Under the pieces are notes generated by a model. The model was not told the DNA's origin. It searched no databases and saw nothing but the letters and a program-made list of their open reading frames with translations. From assembly GCA_018238155.1 (NCBI GenBank), contig JABCTZ010000032.1, positions 192,001 through 256,000 of the forward strand: DNA of 64,000 nt, written 5' to 3'. A program made the position numbers and the translations under genes. Below, piece after piece: positions 1-9,682 of this stretch (position 1 is the stretch's first letter; each line of letters begins with the position of its first letter). This stretch comes from Candidatus Heimdallarchaeota archaeon (GTDB taxonomy: Archaea > Asgardarchaeota > Heimdallarchaeia > JABLTI01).

Positions 1-1185
1 TTTAACAAAAGTGGTCTTACCGATACCATTCTCTCCTAAAATTACTAATGTTTCGCCTTTGTATACTTCGCCCGGTGACACCTTTAATCGAAACTGGTCA
101 AATTTTTTCCACAATGTAGTGAATTTAACGTAGATAGGAACGTTAACCCAGGTTCTTTCTTTGACAACTCTTTGGAAGGTAATTGCTTTACTACGAAAAG
201 TGATGTTCTCTTCCTTCAATCTGCCAGTTAGATAGGCATTTATTCCCGATTTGACACTTTTTACGCCAGAAACAACTCCAAAAGCGTGAGGAGTACCCCA
301 GAGAGCTTGTATTTGATCACTTAGGTAATCAAGAATAGCAATATCATGCTCTACAACTAAAACTGATTTATTCTTCTTAGCTAATTTTCCGAATAATTTT
401 GAAAGATTGAGTCGTTGCTTTACATCAAGGAAATTTCCAGGTTCATCGATAAAATAAACATCAGCATCTTTAGATATTGCAACTGCTATTGAGAATCTCT
501 GACGTTCTCCACCACTGAGATGTTTAAACTCTTTATCAAGCAAAGTTTCTAATTGCAATTCCTTTATTAGTTCCTTTGTATTTCCCAATTCATCTTCTCT
601 AAGAAGGACTTCATGTATAGTCTCCTTTTCTTGAAGGTAATCCGTTAATACTTGCTCTTTGTAAGCAATTTTAATCTTACCATTTTTAAGAGAATTAAAG
701 TAAGAACGATGAAGTGAAAGATCAAGTGTAGTGAACATGTCTTTCCAAGTTAAATCTTCTCTTTCATACTCTCCACCATTTGGGATTGTTTTTCCAGAGA
801 GGATATTTAATACCGTGGTCTTTCCAATACCATTTGCACCAATTAATCCCACAACTTTCCCTTTGGGGAGAAATGGAAGACCGTACAATCGGAAGGCATT
901 TTCTCCATATTGATGGATCGGTTTTTCTTTTAATTCAACGGGTAAACCAACCATTGAAATTGCGTGGGTTGGGCAAACATTGACACAAATTCCACAAGCG
1001 ATGCATTTTTTGCTGTGAATTCTGGCTTTTTTATGAACTTTATCTGGATAAATAACTTTTCTGCCTTTTTTATTTAGAGGGCAAGTTTTCATACAAACAT
1101 GACCACAAGTTGCTGGTTGACACCTATCTAAGTCAACGATGGGTATTCTTGTTTTTGTTTGTTTCCCAGCAGTTCTTTTAGACAT
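1..1185 (-). CDS. rli: ABCE1/Rli ribosome recycling ATPase (runs off the window's left edge)
   Basis: Manual translation from ATG at 1185: MSKRTAG...DLDRCQPATCGHVCMKTCP...CIACGICVNVCP (two Fe-S clusters), HQYGENAFRLYGLP, Walker A GANGIGKTT. Not in the ORF track because no stop lies in the window. Confidence 0.95.
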   Translation of the reverse strand, partial: MSKRTAGKQTKTRIPIVDLDRCQPATCGHVCMKTCPLNKKGRKVIYPDKVHKKARIHSKKCIACGICVNVCPTHAISMVGLPVELKEKPIHQYGENAFRLYGLPFLPKGKVVGLIGANGIGKTTVLNILSGKTIPNGGEYEREDLTWKDMFTTLDLSLHRSYFNSLKNGKIKIAYKEQVLTDYLQEKETIHEVLLREDELGNTKELIKELQLETLLDKEFKHLSGGERQRFSIAVAISKDADVYFIDEPGNFLDVKQRLNLSKLFGKLAKKNKSVLVVEHDIAILDYLSDQIQALWGTPHAFGVVSGVKSVKSGINAYLTGRLKEENITFRSKAITFQRVVKERTWVNVPIYVKFTTLWKKFDQFRLKVSPGEVYKGETLVILGENGIGKTTFVK

Positions 1186-1317
1186 GATATCCGCTCTCCA
1201 AATATAGAGCAATGTGCATTTACATCTTTAGTGGATTTAAGTCTAATATTAAATGTAACGATGTAATCAGTAAGTAACAAGAAATTATTTTTATACTGAG
1301 CTAGCAATTTATCATCA

Positions 1318-2226
1318 ATGTCTCAATTTTTTTCATCAAAATGGAGTGTTCCAGCTCATATCACAGGTTTATTTCAAATAGTTGAGAATGAAAATCCGTT
1401 AAAAATGGGTTCTCGTGGTGCTGGTTTCTCGATAAATAATCCAGTTATTACTCAAGCTGAATCTCGTTTAGCTAAAGTAGGTTCACTCAAAGTATTTTTT
1501 AATAGCGTTCTTATTGATGGAAAAGTTAGCGCTGAAGTGGCAAATTCTTTTGATGATTTCTGGAAAGATAAAGAGTTGTTACTTAACCATTCTAGCCAAC
1601 TTCCAACTGAAGCAGGTTTTGGATCAAGTGGTGCAGGTGCTTTAGGTGCTGCTTTTGCTCTGAATGAATTATTCGATGCAAAAAAAGCCAAAGACGAATT
1701 GGGTCAAATTGCTCATCAAGCTGAAGTTAATTGTCGAACTGGTTTAGGTGATGTAATTGCTCAATATCATGGTTTAGCAGAGATTCGATTGGAACCAGGA
1801 GCGCCAGGAATAGGTGTAATTAAACAGCTTGAATGGTCTCTTGATCGAAAAATTCTATCAATATTCCTTGGAACAATGTCAACAAAGGAAATCATCACAA
1901 GCAAATCACATATTGAAATGATAAATAGAACTTCTGAACCATTATTAGAAGAGTTAAAAAATACACCAACAGTAGATAAGTTTGTAGATTTAAGTTATCA
2001 ATTTTCGAAAAAAGTAGGCTTAATGAGTAAGAAAGTTGAAACAATTATTGAAGAACTTCAAGCGAATGGATATTCTTCAAGTATGATTATGATAGGAGAA
2101 TCGATATTTGTTGTCGGTTCTAGTGATGAGTTAAAACAATGTTCCATTTTTCTTAGGGAAAAATATCCAAAAGCACAGTATTGGATAAACTCATTAGCTT
2201 TAACTGGACCAAGTATAGTTAAGTAA
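1318..2226 (+). CDS. pok: Pantoate kinase (GHMP family)
   Basis: VPAHITGLF, GSRGAG, GFGSSGAGALG, AHQAEV..TGLGDV motifs; first gene of the CoA cluster. Confidence 0.92.
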   Translation: MSQFFSSKWSVPAHITGLFQIVENENPLKMGSRGAGFSINNPVITQAESRLAKVGSLKVFFNSVLIDGKVSAEVANSFDDFWKDKELLLNHSSQLPTEAGFGSSGAGALGAAFALNELFDAKKAKDELGQIAHQAEVNCRTGLGDVIAQYHGLAEIRLEPGAPGIGVIKQLEWSLDRKILSIFLGTMSTKEIITSKSHIEMINRTSEPLLEELKNTPTVDKFVDLSYQFSKKVGLMSKKVETIIEELQANGYSSSMIMIGESIFVVGSSDELKQCSIFLREKYPKAQYWINSLALTGPSIVK

Positions 2227-2260
2227 ATAATAGTACTCTAAATAGAAATAGGTGATAGTA

Positions 2261-3040
2261 ATGACTGAAATTCCTCCCGATCATCCTCGATTTTTATCTT
2301 TAAAGGAACGACATGGAATTATAGAAGGAATGCATCAAAAGATTGTTGCAGAGGCAGGATTAATTGCTCATGGAAGAGGTGAAGCTTTTGATTATCTACT
2401 TGGCGAAAAAACACCCGAGTATGCTTTAGTACAGGAGAAAGCTGCTGTTGCTCATCTGCTGTTGGCAAAAAATCCTATTATATCTATAAATGGCAATGTT
2501 GTTATTCTCTGCCCTACAGAGCTTGTTGAATTGGCAGAAGAAACTGGTGCAAAATTAGAAGTAAATCTCTTTTATCGAACTACTGAGCGAGAGCAAAATA
2601 TAAAGCAAATATTACTTGATGCAGGTGCTACTGAAATTCTTGGTGTAGATTTAGGTGAAAGTGCAGCAACTATTCCTGAAATAACTCACAACCGACGAAT
2701 AGTGGACCCTGATGGAATTTTCAAAGCTGATGTTGTTTTTGTTCCGTTAGAAGATGGTGATAGAACGATGGCTTTGCGAAAAATGGGTAAAATCGTTCTC
2801 TGTGTTGACCTCAATCCGATGTCGCGAACTTCTGTTTGGAGCAATGTTACGATTGTTAATCACGTTAGAAGAGCTGCTCAAGAGATGGTTGTTATTGCAA
2901 AAGAACTTAAAAACCTCACACGTGAGAAATTAAACGAAATACTTGATAATTACGATAACAATAACATGTTGAAAGATAGTGTTAAGCACATGGCTGAAAG
3001 ACTTTTAACACTTTCACAAGAGAAATTACAGGAGGGTTAG
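2261..3040 (+). CDS. pps: Phosphopantothenate synthetase (archaeal)
   Basis: IPPDHPR, GLIAHGRGEAFDYLLGEKT, VPLEDGDR, DLNPMSRT. Start moved to ATG 2261, which follows a GGTGA SD. Confidence 0.95.
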   Translation: MTEIPPDHPRFLSLKERHGIIEGMHQKIVAEAGLIAHGRGEAFDYLLGEKTPEYALVQEKAAVAHLLLAKNPIISINGNVVILCPTELVELAEETGAKLEVNLFYRTTEREQNIKQILLDAGATEILGVDLGESAATIPEITHNRRIVDPDGIFKADVVFVPLEDGDRTMALRKMGKIVLCVDLNPMSRTSVWSNVTIVNHVRRAAQEMVVIAKELKNLTREKLNEILDNYDNNNMLKDSVKHMAERLLTLSQEKLQEG

Positions 3041-3042
3041 CA

Positions 3043-3858
3043 TTGCCCAAATTAACTGCATTTGATATTCAAAAAATGAAACAAGAAGGCAAAAAAATTA
3101 CTATGCTAACAGCATATGATTATAGTTTAGCTTCAATATTTGATGAGGCGAAAATCGATATTCTACTTATAGGTGACTCGATGGGTCAAGCAATTTATGG
3201 TGCTTCCACAACTTTAGAAGTAACTTTGAATATGACAATTCGTCATACTCAAGCAGTTGCTCGTGGTGCGGTTAATTATAGTTTGATCATCGCTGATATG
3301 CCATTTCTGAGTTTTGGTTTGACAGTTGATGAAACTGTTGCAAATGCCGGTCGATTGATTAAAGAAGGTCATGCTGAAGCTGTCAAGCTCGAAGGTTCGA
3401 GTGATAATCGAATAAAAGAAATTGAAGCTATGGTCGATATTGGCATCCCTGTTCAAGGTCATATTGGTTTGATTCCTCAATCTGCATACAAATTAGGTGG
3501 ATACAAAGTCCAAGGAAAAAATGAATCCTATTTCTCTGAAGAGCAATTACTATCTGATGCTAAGCGTTTGGAAGATGCTGGTTGTTTCTCTATTATTTTA
3601 GAAGCAATTCCATTGGATGTTGCTAAGAAGATTACTGAGAGTATTTCAATACCTGCTATTGGAATTGGGGCTGGTCCAAATTGTGATGGGCAGGTGCTTG
3701 TTTGTTATGATATGTTGGGATGTACAACGGGTCATAAACCTAAATTTGTTAAACAATACATTGACCTCCATCAAATAATATTAGATGCAGTCAATAAATA
3801 TGCGAAAGAAGTCAAAGATGGCTCTTTCCCATCTTTAGAATATTCTTACGAGGGATGA
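3043..3858 (+). CDS. panB: 3-methyl-2-oxobutanoate hydroxymethyltransferase
   Basis: MLTAYD, LIGDS, VKLEG, GHIGLIPQ, IGIGAG..CDGQVLV. TTG start 6 nt after GGAGGG. Confidence 0.97.
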   Translation: MPKLTAFDIQKMKQEGKKITMLTAYDYSLASIFDEAKIDILLIGDSMGQAIYGASTTLEVTLNMTIRHTQAVARGAVNYSLIIADMPFLSFGLTVDETVANAGRLIKEGHAEAVKLEGSSDNRIKEIEAMVDIGIPVQGHIGLIPQSAYKLGGYKVQGKNESYFSEEQLLSDAKRLEDAGCFSIILEAIPLDVAKKITESISIPAIGIGAGPNCDGQVLVCYDMLGCTTGHKPKFVKQYIDLHQIILDAVNKYAKEVKDGSFPSLEYSYEG

Positions 3859-3862
3859 AAAA

Positions 3863-4801
3863 ATGTTTCTTGTGTTGGGTAGCGGCAATGTAGGCAGCTT
3901 AATTGGTGGACTTCTTACCCGTGAAGGTTACAATGTTTTCATGATTGGTCGAGAACCTCATATAGCAATCACAGGTGCAAACGGTCTCAAAATTCAAGGT
4001 TTAATAAATAAAAAAATACAACCGATAAATGCAGGTACTTTCGATTATATCTACCCTATTGTGGAGATGCTGAATGAAGAAATAACTTGCATTTTAGTGA
4101 CAACTAAAGCTCATCAAACAAGGCAGGCGGCAGAAGAAATATTACCTATTGTTTGCAAGCACACAACAATCGTTTCAATCCAAAACGGTATTGGTACTGA
4201 AGAAATTTTACAGGAATTGTATCCTGATAATCTAGTTTTACGAGGTGTTACCTCTATTGGTGTTAGCAGACCTAAACCTGGAGTAGTTGAATATTCAGGT
4301 AAAGGTATAACACAAATTGGTTATGCAAATAGTGAGGAGAAAGCAAAAGCAAAATTATTAGTACAATCATTAAATAAATCCGGTTTAGAAGCTGAATTGG
4401 AAATTAATATTCAAGGGGCAGTTTTTACAAAAACAATTGTTAATTGTGCTTTGAATCCTTTGACCGCTATTCATCATGTTAAAAATACTGAAATATTTAA
4501 ACAAAAGAAGCTTAGAGTAAAAGCAACCGCTTTAGCAAATGAAGCTTGGACTGTAACCAAAAAACTTGGGATAAAATTACTGGTGGAAGATCCAGTTGAA
4601 TATGCAATGGATGTTATTAAGAAAACAGGAGAAAATACTAATTCCATGCTATCTGATGTCCAAAATAAAAAGAAAACAGAAATTGACTTTATTACCGGGA
4701 AAATAATTTCTTTCGCAGATGAATTGGAGATTGAAGTGCCACACAATAAAGAAGTATACAAAGAAATACTTGCTATTGAACAAACATATACAGAATTATG
4801 A
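3863..4801 (+). CDS. panE: Ketopantoate reductase
   Basis: GSGNVG Rossmann motif, TKAHQ, IQNGIG, NCALNPLTA, NSMLSD, TEIDFITG. Confidence 0.93.
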   Translation: MFLVLGSGNVGSLIGGLLTREGYNVFMIGREPHIAITGANGLKIQGLINKKIQPINAGTFDYIYPIVEMLNEEITCILVTTKAHQTRQAAEEILPIVCKHTTIVSIQNGIGTEEILQELYPDNLVLRGVTSIGVSRPKPGVVEYSGKGITQIGYANSEEKAKAKLLVQSLNKSGLEAELEINIQGAVFTKTIVNCALNPLTAIHHVKNTEIFKQKKLRVKATALANEAWTVTKKLGIKLLVEDPVEYAMDVIKKTGENTNSMLSDVQNKKKTEIDFITGKIISFADELEIEVPHNKEVYKEILAIEQTYTEL

Positions 4802-4818
4802 AAAAAAGAGGAATATAA

Positions 4819-5988
4819 ATGGAAAAATCAATTTCTGATATCGATCAAAACAAGATTTTGGAAGAGCTAAAGAAAAGACTAGCTTTTGAAAAATCGTACA
4901 ATAAAGTGCTTAGCTCAATGTGCACACCCCCTCTTGAAATTTCACGCTTAATATCTGCTGAATATGCAGAGATAAATTTAGGTGATCCCGGACTTTTCCC
5001 AGAAACCAAACAGATAGAATTTGATGTTCTCAATATTATTGCCAAAATCTTACATGCACCTCAAGAATGGACTGGTTCAATTACTTCTGGCGGAAGTGAG
5101 TCAAATTTATTAGGCTGTTGGGTTGCACGCAATTGGAGTAAAAAAACTAAAGGAATAAAAAATGGTACTTTACTTTTACCTGAATCCGCACATGCTTCAT
5201 TCGAGAAAGCAATAGATATTCTCAACTTAGAATCGAAATGGATACCTCTTACTTCAAAAAATAAACTCGATATAGAGATTCTAAAAGAAGAGCTTGATGA
5301 AACAACAATTGGAATAATAGGAATTGCCGGGGCAACTGGAACAGGTGCTTGTGATGACATCAAAGCTCTAAGTGAAATAGCTCAAGATTCTAACAGTTAT
5401 TTGCACGTAGATGCAGCTCATGGCGGAATGATTTTTCCTTATATGAAAGAAATTGGTAGGCAAGCTCCTGTATTTGATTTTCTGCTGGAAGGTGTAAGTA
5501 GTATTACTTTAGATACGCATAAAATAATGGGTGGTCTGATTCCCGGGGGAAGTATAATTTATCGTTCAAGTGAATTTTCGGATACAATCGCAAAGGGTAT
5601 AACTTACTTGTCTGATTCAACTACAAAACAATTAACGATCACTGGTACACGACCAGGAAATTCTGTTATAGCTTTGTGGGTTTTGTTGAAATATTACGGG
5701 AAGCCGTTCATGATAGATAGAGTTAAGAAAAGTTTTGCTCTAACTGATTACACAGTAAAGAAATTACGTGGAATTTCTTCAATAAGTTTAACTTTTGACC
5801 CAACAATAAATATTATTGGGTTTACAAATACTAAACTGTCTAATGAAAGTCTTGTAGCGAAACTAAAGAAATTTGGTTGGGATCTTTCTTTCTATTCAAA
5901 TTGGACTCGAATGGTAATAATGCCACACTTTTCAATAGAAATGATTGATAAGTTCATTAAAGATTTAGAAAATGTTCTAAAGGAGTAA
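4819..5988 (+). CDS. mfnA: PLP-dependent group II decarboxylase (MfnA/ADC family; probable aspartate 1-decarboxylase)
   Basis: LSSMCT, NLGDPGLFP, TSGGSESN, HVDAAHGG, DTHK (PLP lysine), TGTRPG; located inside the CoA cluster. Confidence 0.88.
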   Translation: MEKSISDIDQNKILEELKKRLAFEKSYNKVLSSMCTPPLEISRLISAEYAEINLGDPGLFPETKQIEFDVLNIIAKILHAPQEWTGSITSGGSESNLLGCWVARNWSKKTKGIKNGTLLLPESAHASFEKAIDILNLESKWIPLTSKNKLDIEILKEELDETTIGIIGIAGATGTGACDDIKALSEIAQDSNSYLHVDAAHGGMIFPYMKEIGRQAPVFDFLLEGVSSITLDTHKIMGGLIPGGSIIYRSSEFSDTIAKGITYLSDSTTKQLTITGTRPGNSVIALWVLLKYYGKPFMIDRVKKSFALTDYTVKKLRGISSISLTFDPTINIIGFTNTKLSNESLVAKLKKFGWDLSFYSNWTRMVIMPHFSIEMIDKFIKDLENVLKE

Positions 5989-5993
5989 TTCAA

Positions 5994-7238
5994 ATGGCAA
6001 AATTCAAGCCTTCAATTCATAGCTCAAAATTGGAAATTACTAGTTCAAAATCTAATCTCTTAGAGGGGAGAAGAATAGTTATTGGATTAACTGGAAGTGT
6101 TGCTGTAGTAGAAACTGTTCACCTTACTAGATTACTAATGAGAAATGGTGCAGAAGTATTTGCAGCAATGACCAAAGCAGCTATCGAATTAATCCATCCG
6201 AACCTAATTGAATGGGCAACTGGAAATCCTGTGATAACTGAGTTAACAGGTCAAATTGAACATGTTCATCTTTGTGGTGAGCATCCCGACAAAGCAGATT
6301 TACTGCTAATTGCTCCTTCTACTGCAAATACAATCGGCAAAATTGCAAGTGGCATAGACGATACTGTCGTAACTACTTTTGCTACTACCGCTTTTGGTTC
6401 TGGAATACCAATTACAATAGTTCCTGCTATGCATTCAACAATGTATGAGAATCCTATTGTTATTGCTAATATTGAAAAACTGAAGAAAACCGGCATTACT
6501 TTTATTGGTCCAAGAAAAGAAGAAGGCAAAGCAAAGATTGCTACAAATGATGAGATTCTTCAGACTATAATTGGCATTCTAGATAAAAAAAAAGACTACA
6601 AGGGTAAAAGAATCGTTGTAACAGCAGGTCCAACACGTGCTTGGATAGATGACATCCGATTTATTACCAATCCAAGTAGTGGACGAATGGGTATTGAAAT
6701 TGCTCTAGAAGCAGCAAGCAGAGGGGCGGAAGTTACACTTCTTTTAGGTCCAACATCGATAATAGTTCCCAATAAGGACATCAACATTATTTCTATTGAA
6801 ACTGTGGATGATCTCGTTTCAGAAATTAATAAGATGAAAAAAATTGATATTTTCATTTCTGCTGCTGCAATAGGTGATTATCACGTAGAGAAAGAAAGTG
6901 GAAAAATACCGTCACTAAAGAATGAACTTAATCTGAAATTAACACCAACTCCAAAAATACTCAATATGGTTCGTAAGAAATACTCAAAAATTAAGATAGT
7001 TGGTTTCAAAGCAGAAACGGCTATCTCTGAAAAAGAATTAATTTCTCGTGCAGAAAAAAGTATGAAGAAAAACAATCTGGATTTGGTGGTTGCTAATTTA
7101 GTCAATAAACCTCAGCAAGGTTTTGGAACAGTGACAAATGCAGTAATAATAATTAAGAAAGACTCAAGTACTGAGCAAATAGCTTTGACGTCAAAGAGAT
7201 TAATTGCCAGGCACATATTAGATAGACTGGTGTTATGA
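5994..7238 (+). CDS. coaBC: Bifunctional phosphopantothenoylcysteine decarboxylase/synthetase
   Basis: TGSVA, APSTANTIGK, PAMH..MY, VTAGPT, RFITNPSSGRMG, GFKAE. Confidence 0.96.
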   Translation: MAKFKPSIHSSKLEITSSKSNLLEGRRIVIGLTGSVAVVETVHLTRLLMRNGAEVFAAMTKAAIELIHPNLIEWATGNPVITELTGQIEHVHLCGEHPDKADLLLIAPSTANTIGKIASGIDDTVVTTFATTAFGSGIPITIVPAMHSTMYENPIVIANIEKLKKTGITFIGPRKEEGKAKIATNDEILQTIIGILDKKKDYKGKRIVVTAGPTRAWIDDIRFITNPSSGRMGIEIALEAASRGAEVTLLLGPTSIIVPNKDINIISIETVDDLVSEINKMKKIDIFISAAAIGDYHVEKESGKIPSLKNELNLKLTPTPKILNMVRKKYSKIKIVGFKAETAISEKELISRAEKSMKKNNLDLVVANLVNKPQQGFGTVTNAVIIIKKDSSTEQIALTSKRLIARHILDRLVL

Positions 7239-8581
7239 TGGATAGTGAAACCGAGTCATTCGTACGTTTTTTCTTTGCTTGTAAAAAACGCTTTAAAAAA
7301 ATGACCTTAAAAGATTTAGAAAAGTATCAATTGAAAAAAGTTCAATCATTGGTACAATATGTGACAGAAAAATCACCTTTTTTTAAAGCATATTATAAAA
7401 ATCGTGATCTTCTTGATGTCTGGAATTTGCCAACAGTAAATAAGAAGATCATGATGGAGAACTTCACAGAGTACACAACCTTAGGTTTCGAGAAAGAAGA
7501 GCTACTTGATTTTTGTCTTCGAATAGAAAAAGAACAGAATTTTACAGAACGCTTTCATGGTTATAATGTAGCAATGTCTTCTGGAACAAGCGGGAGCAAA
7601 GGGATAGTAATAACTAGTCCTGAAGAAGAAAAATATCTTCAAGCAGCTTTATTTTCTCGTTTTGTCTTTCCAAGAGTACTTCGTATTAAGTGGGCTTTTA
7701 TCCTTCGCATTACGACTCCGGCATTCCAAGTAAGCAGATTTGGTCAGCAGTTAACTCATTTCAACTTGCAATTACCTTTAGAAGAATTAAGAAACAAGCT
7801 ACAGAAATTTCAACCCAATATTCTTTCAGCTCCACCATCTATGTTAAGCATTATTTCTAAGGAAGTGCAAAATGGACGATTGAAAATAAAACCAAAAAGA
7901 ATTATTTCATATGCTGAAGTATTATACCCAGAAGTAAAGACAGTAATTGAAGAAACGTTTGATACACTTGTTCATCAGATATATCAAGGAAGCGAAGGCT
8001 CAATAGCAATGACTTGTAAATATGGTAATTTGCATATCAATGAGGATTTAATGAAAGTGCAATTACTTGATAATGAAGGCAATATGACTGAGATAGGAAA
8101 ACCTTGTCATAAGATGATTGTTACTGATTTGAATAAGATTTCACAACCAATAATAAGATACGAATTGAATGACATCATTACTATCTCACCAGAAAAATGC
8201 TCATGTGGATCTAATTTTAGAGTGATTGAGCAAGTTTTGGGACGAGCAGATGATTTATTCTGGGGGCAAAGAGAAAATATTGCAGATCATCAGTTTATTT
8301 TTCCAGATTACATCCGTAGAGCAATTATTAGCAGTTCAGAAGAAATTAGTGAGTACCAAGCAATTCAAAAAAGTTTGTCTCGAGTAATAATTAGAATACA
8401 ATTTAAAAAATCACCTGAAAACCTAGATGTGATACAACAAAAAATCGCAAATGCAGTTCAAAATGTCTTTTCAAAATACAAATGCATTCAACCATCTGTA
8501 TCTGTGGTTTTAGAGAAACCTGAAAGGCATCCAAAATCACTAAAACTTGTACGAATCAAGCGTGATTTTGATATCATTTAA
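7235..8581 (+). CDS. Adenylate-forming enzyme, phenylacetate-CoA ligase / F390 synthetase-like
   Basis: SSGTSG P-loop, QIYQGSEG, LHINED, PIIRYELND, GRADD; start overlaps the coaBC stop. Confidence 0.8.
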   Translation: MMDSETESFVRFFFACKKRFKKMTLKDLEKYQLKKVQSLVQYVTEKSPFFKAYYKNRDLLDVWNLPTVNKKIMMENFTEYTTLGFEKEELLDFCLRIEKEQNFTERFHGYNVAMSSGTSGSKGIVITSPEEEKYLQAALFSRFVFPRVLRIKWAFILRITTPAFQVSRFGQQLTHFNLQLPLEELRNKLQKFQPNILSAPPSMLSIISKEVQNGRLKIKPKRIISYAEVLYPEVKTVIEETFDTLVHQIYQGSEGSIAMTCKYGNLHINEDLMKVQLLDNEGNMTEIGKPCHKMIVTDLNKISQPIIRYELNDIITISPEKCSCGSNFRVIEQVLGRADDLFWGQRENIADHQFIFPDYIRRAIISSSEEISEYQAIQKSLSRVIIRIQFKKSPENLDVIQQKIANAVQNVFSKYKCIQPSVSVVLEKPERHPKSLKLVRIKRDFDII

Positions 8582-8694
8582 TTACTTTCTTGATAAATGT
8601 AGGAGTTACGGCAAAATTATAAACAATAAAATCATTGAAAGTAAAGCGTATCTATCTATCTATCTATTACTATCCATAAGGAGCAGTATAACTA

Positions 8695-9681
8695 ATGGCT
8701 GACAATGTACCTTTTCTCGTTATTAATCCAAATGCAAAAGACAAACGATTGGGCAGAAAGTTAGATAAAATTCTCAAATCAGCAAAGAATGCCTTTGGTG
8801 AATTTCAATATGAATTAACAACAAAAATTGGTGATGGTATACCAATTGCTAAGAGAGCTATTTCTGAAGGCTACAAAACACTTGTCTCTGTTGGTGGTGA
8901 TGGCACCCTAAATGAACTAATCAATGTTGCAGCAAAGACAGATGTAAAAGTTGGAATGATCCCAGGTGGTAGTGCGTGTGATTCGCTTAAAACACATGGA
9001 ATTCCAAAAGATTTCGATAGAGCATTTGAGCTTGTTGCAGAAGGATATTACGAACGCTTTCCTGTTGGTCATATGAAAGGAGATACAGAACGCTATTTTA
9101 TAGAGATGGTAAACGGGGGATTTATTGGCGATACAGCGGATGCTCTTGCTAATCGTTATGAATGGGCTAGTGGAGAAATTGCTTACGGATATGTTGCAAT
9201 TAAAGTGATTATGGGATTTAAACCAATACCTACTAAAATTACCATTGATAATAAAATCATAAGAGAATTAAATACTTCTACAATTGCAATTGCATTAACT
9301 GATTGCATCAGTGGTTTTGAATTTATTCCTGATAATCATCCAAGGCGTGATGATTTTGGAATTATATTTTCGCATCACAAGGGATTGAAATTAATAAAAC
9401 TGTTGTTAAAAGCGGCACGAGGAACTCATTTGAAAAACACAGATGACTTTGAACTCCTTCGAGGAAAACATGTTGTCATTGAAAGTGATATTCCACACAC
9501 ATGGGAAAGTGAAGGGGAAATACCCTCAAAGAAAGCAACTCATATTGAAGTTAATTACATCCCTGATGCAGTGAATCTCTTTATTCCAAAAGGATGGAAA
9601 TATGGTAAATCTTCAAAAGAACGAAATGCCGCTAAGAAACGTGTATTGAAGCATCAACAACCATTTCCAAAAAACGATTGA
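8695..9681 (+). CDS. Diacylglycerol kinase family lipid kinase
   Basis: INPNA, VGGDGTLNE, IPGGS motifs. Confidence 0.85.
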   Translation: MADNVPFLVINPNAKDKRLGRKLDKILKSAKNAFGEFQYELTTKIGDGIPIAKRAISEGYKTLVSVGGDGTLNELINVAAKTDVKVGMIPGGSACDSLKTHGIPKDFDRAFELVAEGYYERFPVGHMKGDTERYFIEMVNGGFIGDTADALANRYEWASGEIAYGYVAIKVIMGFKPIPTKITIDNKIIRELNTSTIAIALTDCISGFEFIPDNHPRRDDFGIIFSHHKGLKLIKLLLKAARGTHLKNTDDFELLRGKHVVIESDIPHTWESEGEIPSKKATHIEVNYIPDAVNLFIPKGWKYGKSSKERNAAKKRVLKHQQPFPKND

Positions 9682-9682
9682 A

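Noticed and set aside
731-983. Short plus-strand ORFs
   Set aside because: Antisense shadows of the ABCE1 gene; the same applies to most short antisense ORFs inside long genes in the track
8649-8667. (TATC)4 microsatellite upstream of the lipid kinase
   Set aside because: Too short to support phase variation in AT-rich DNA
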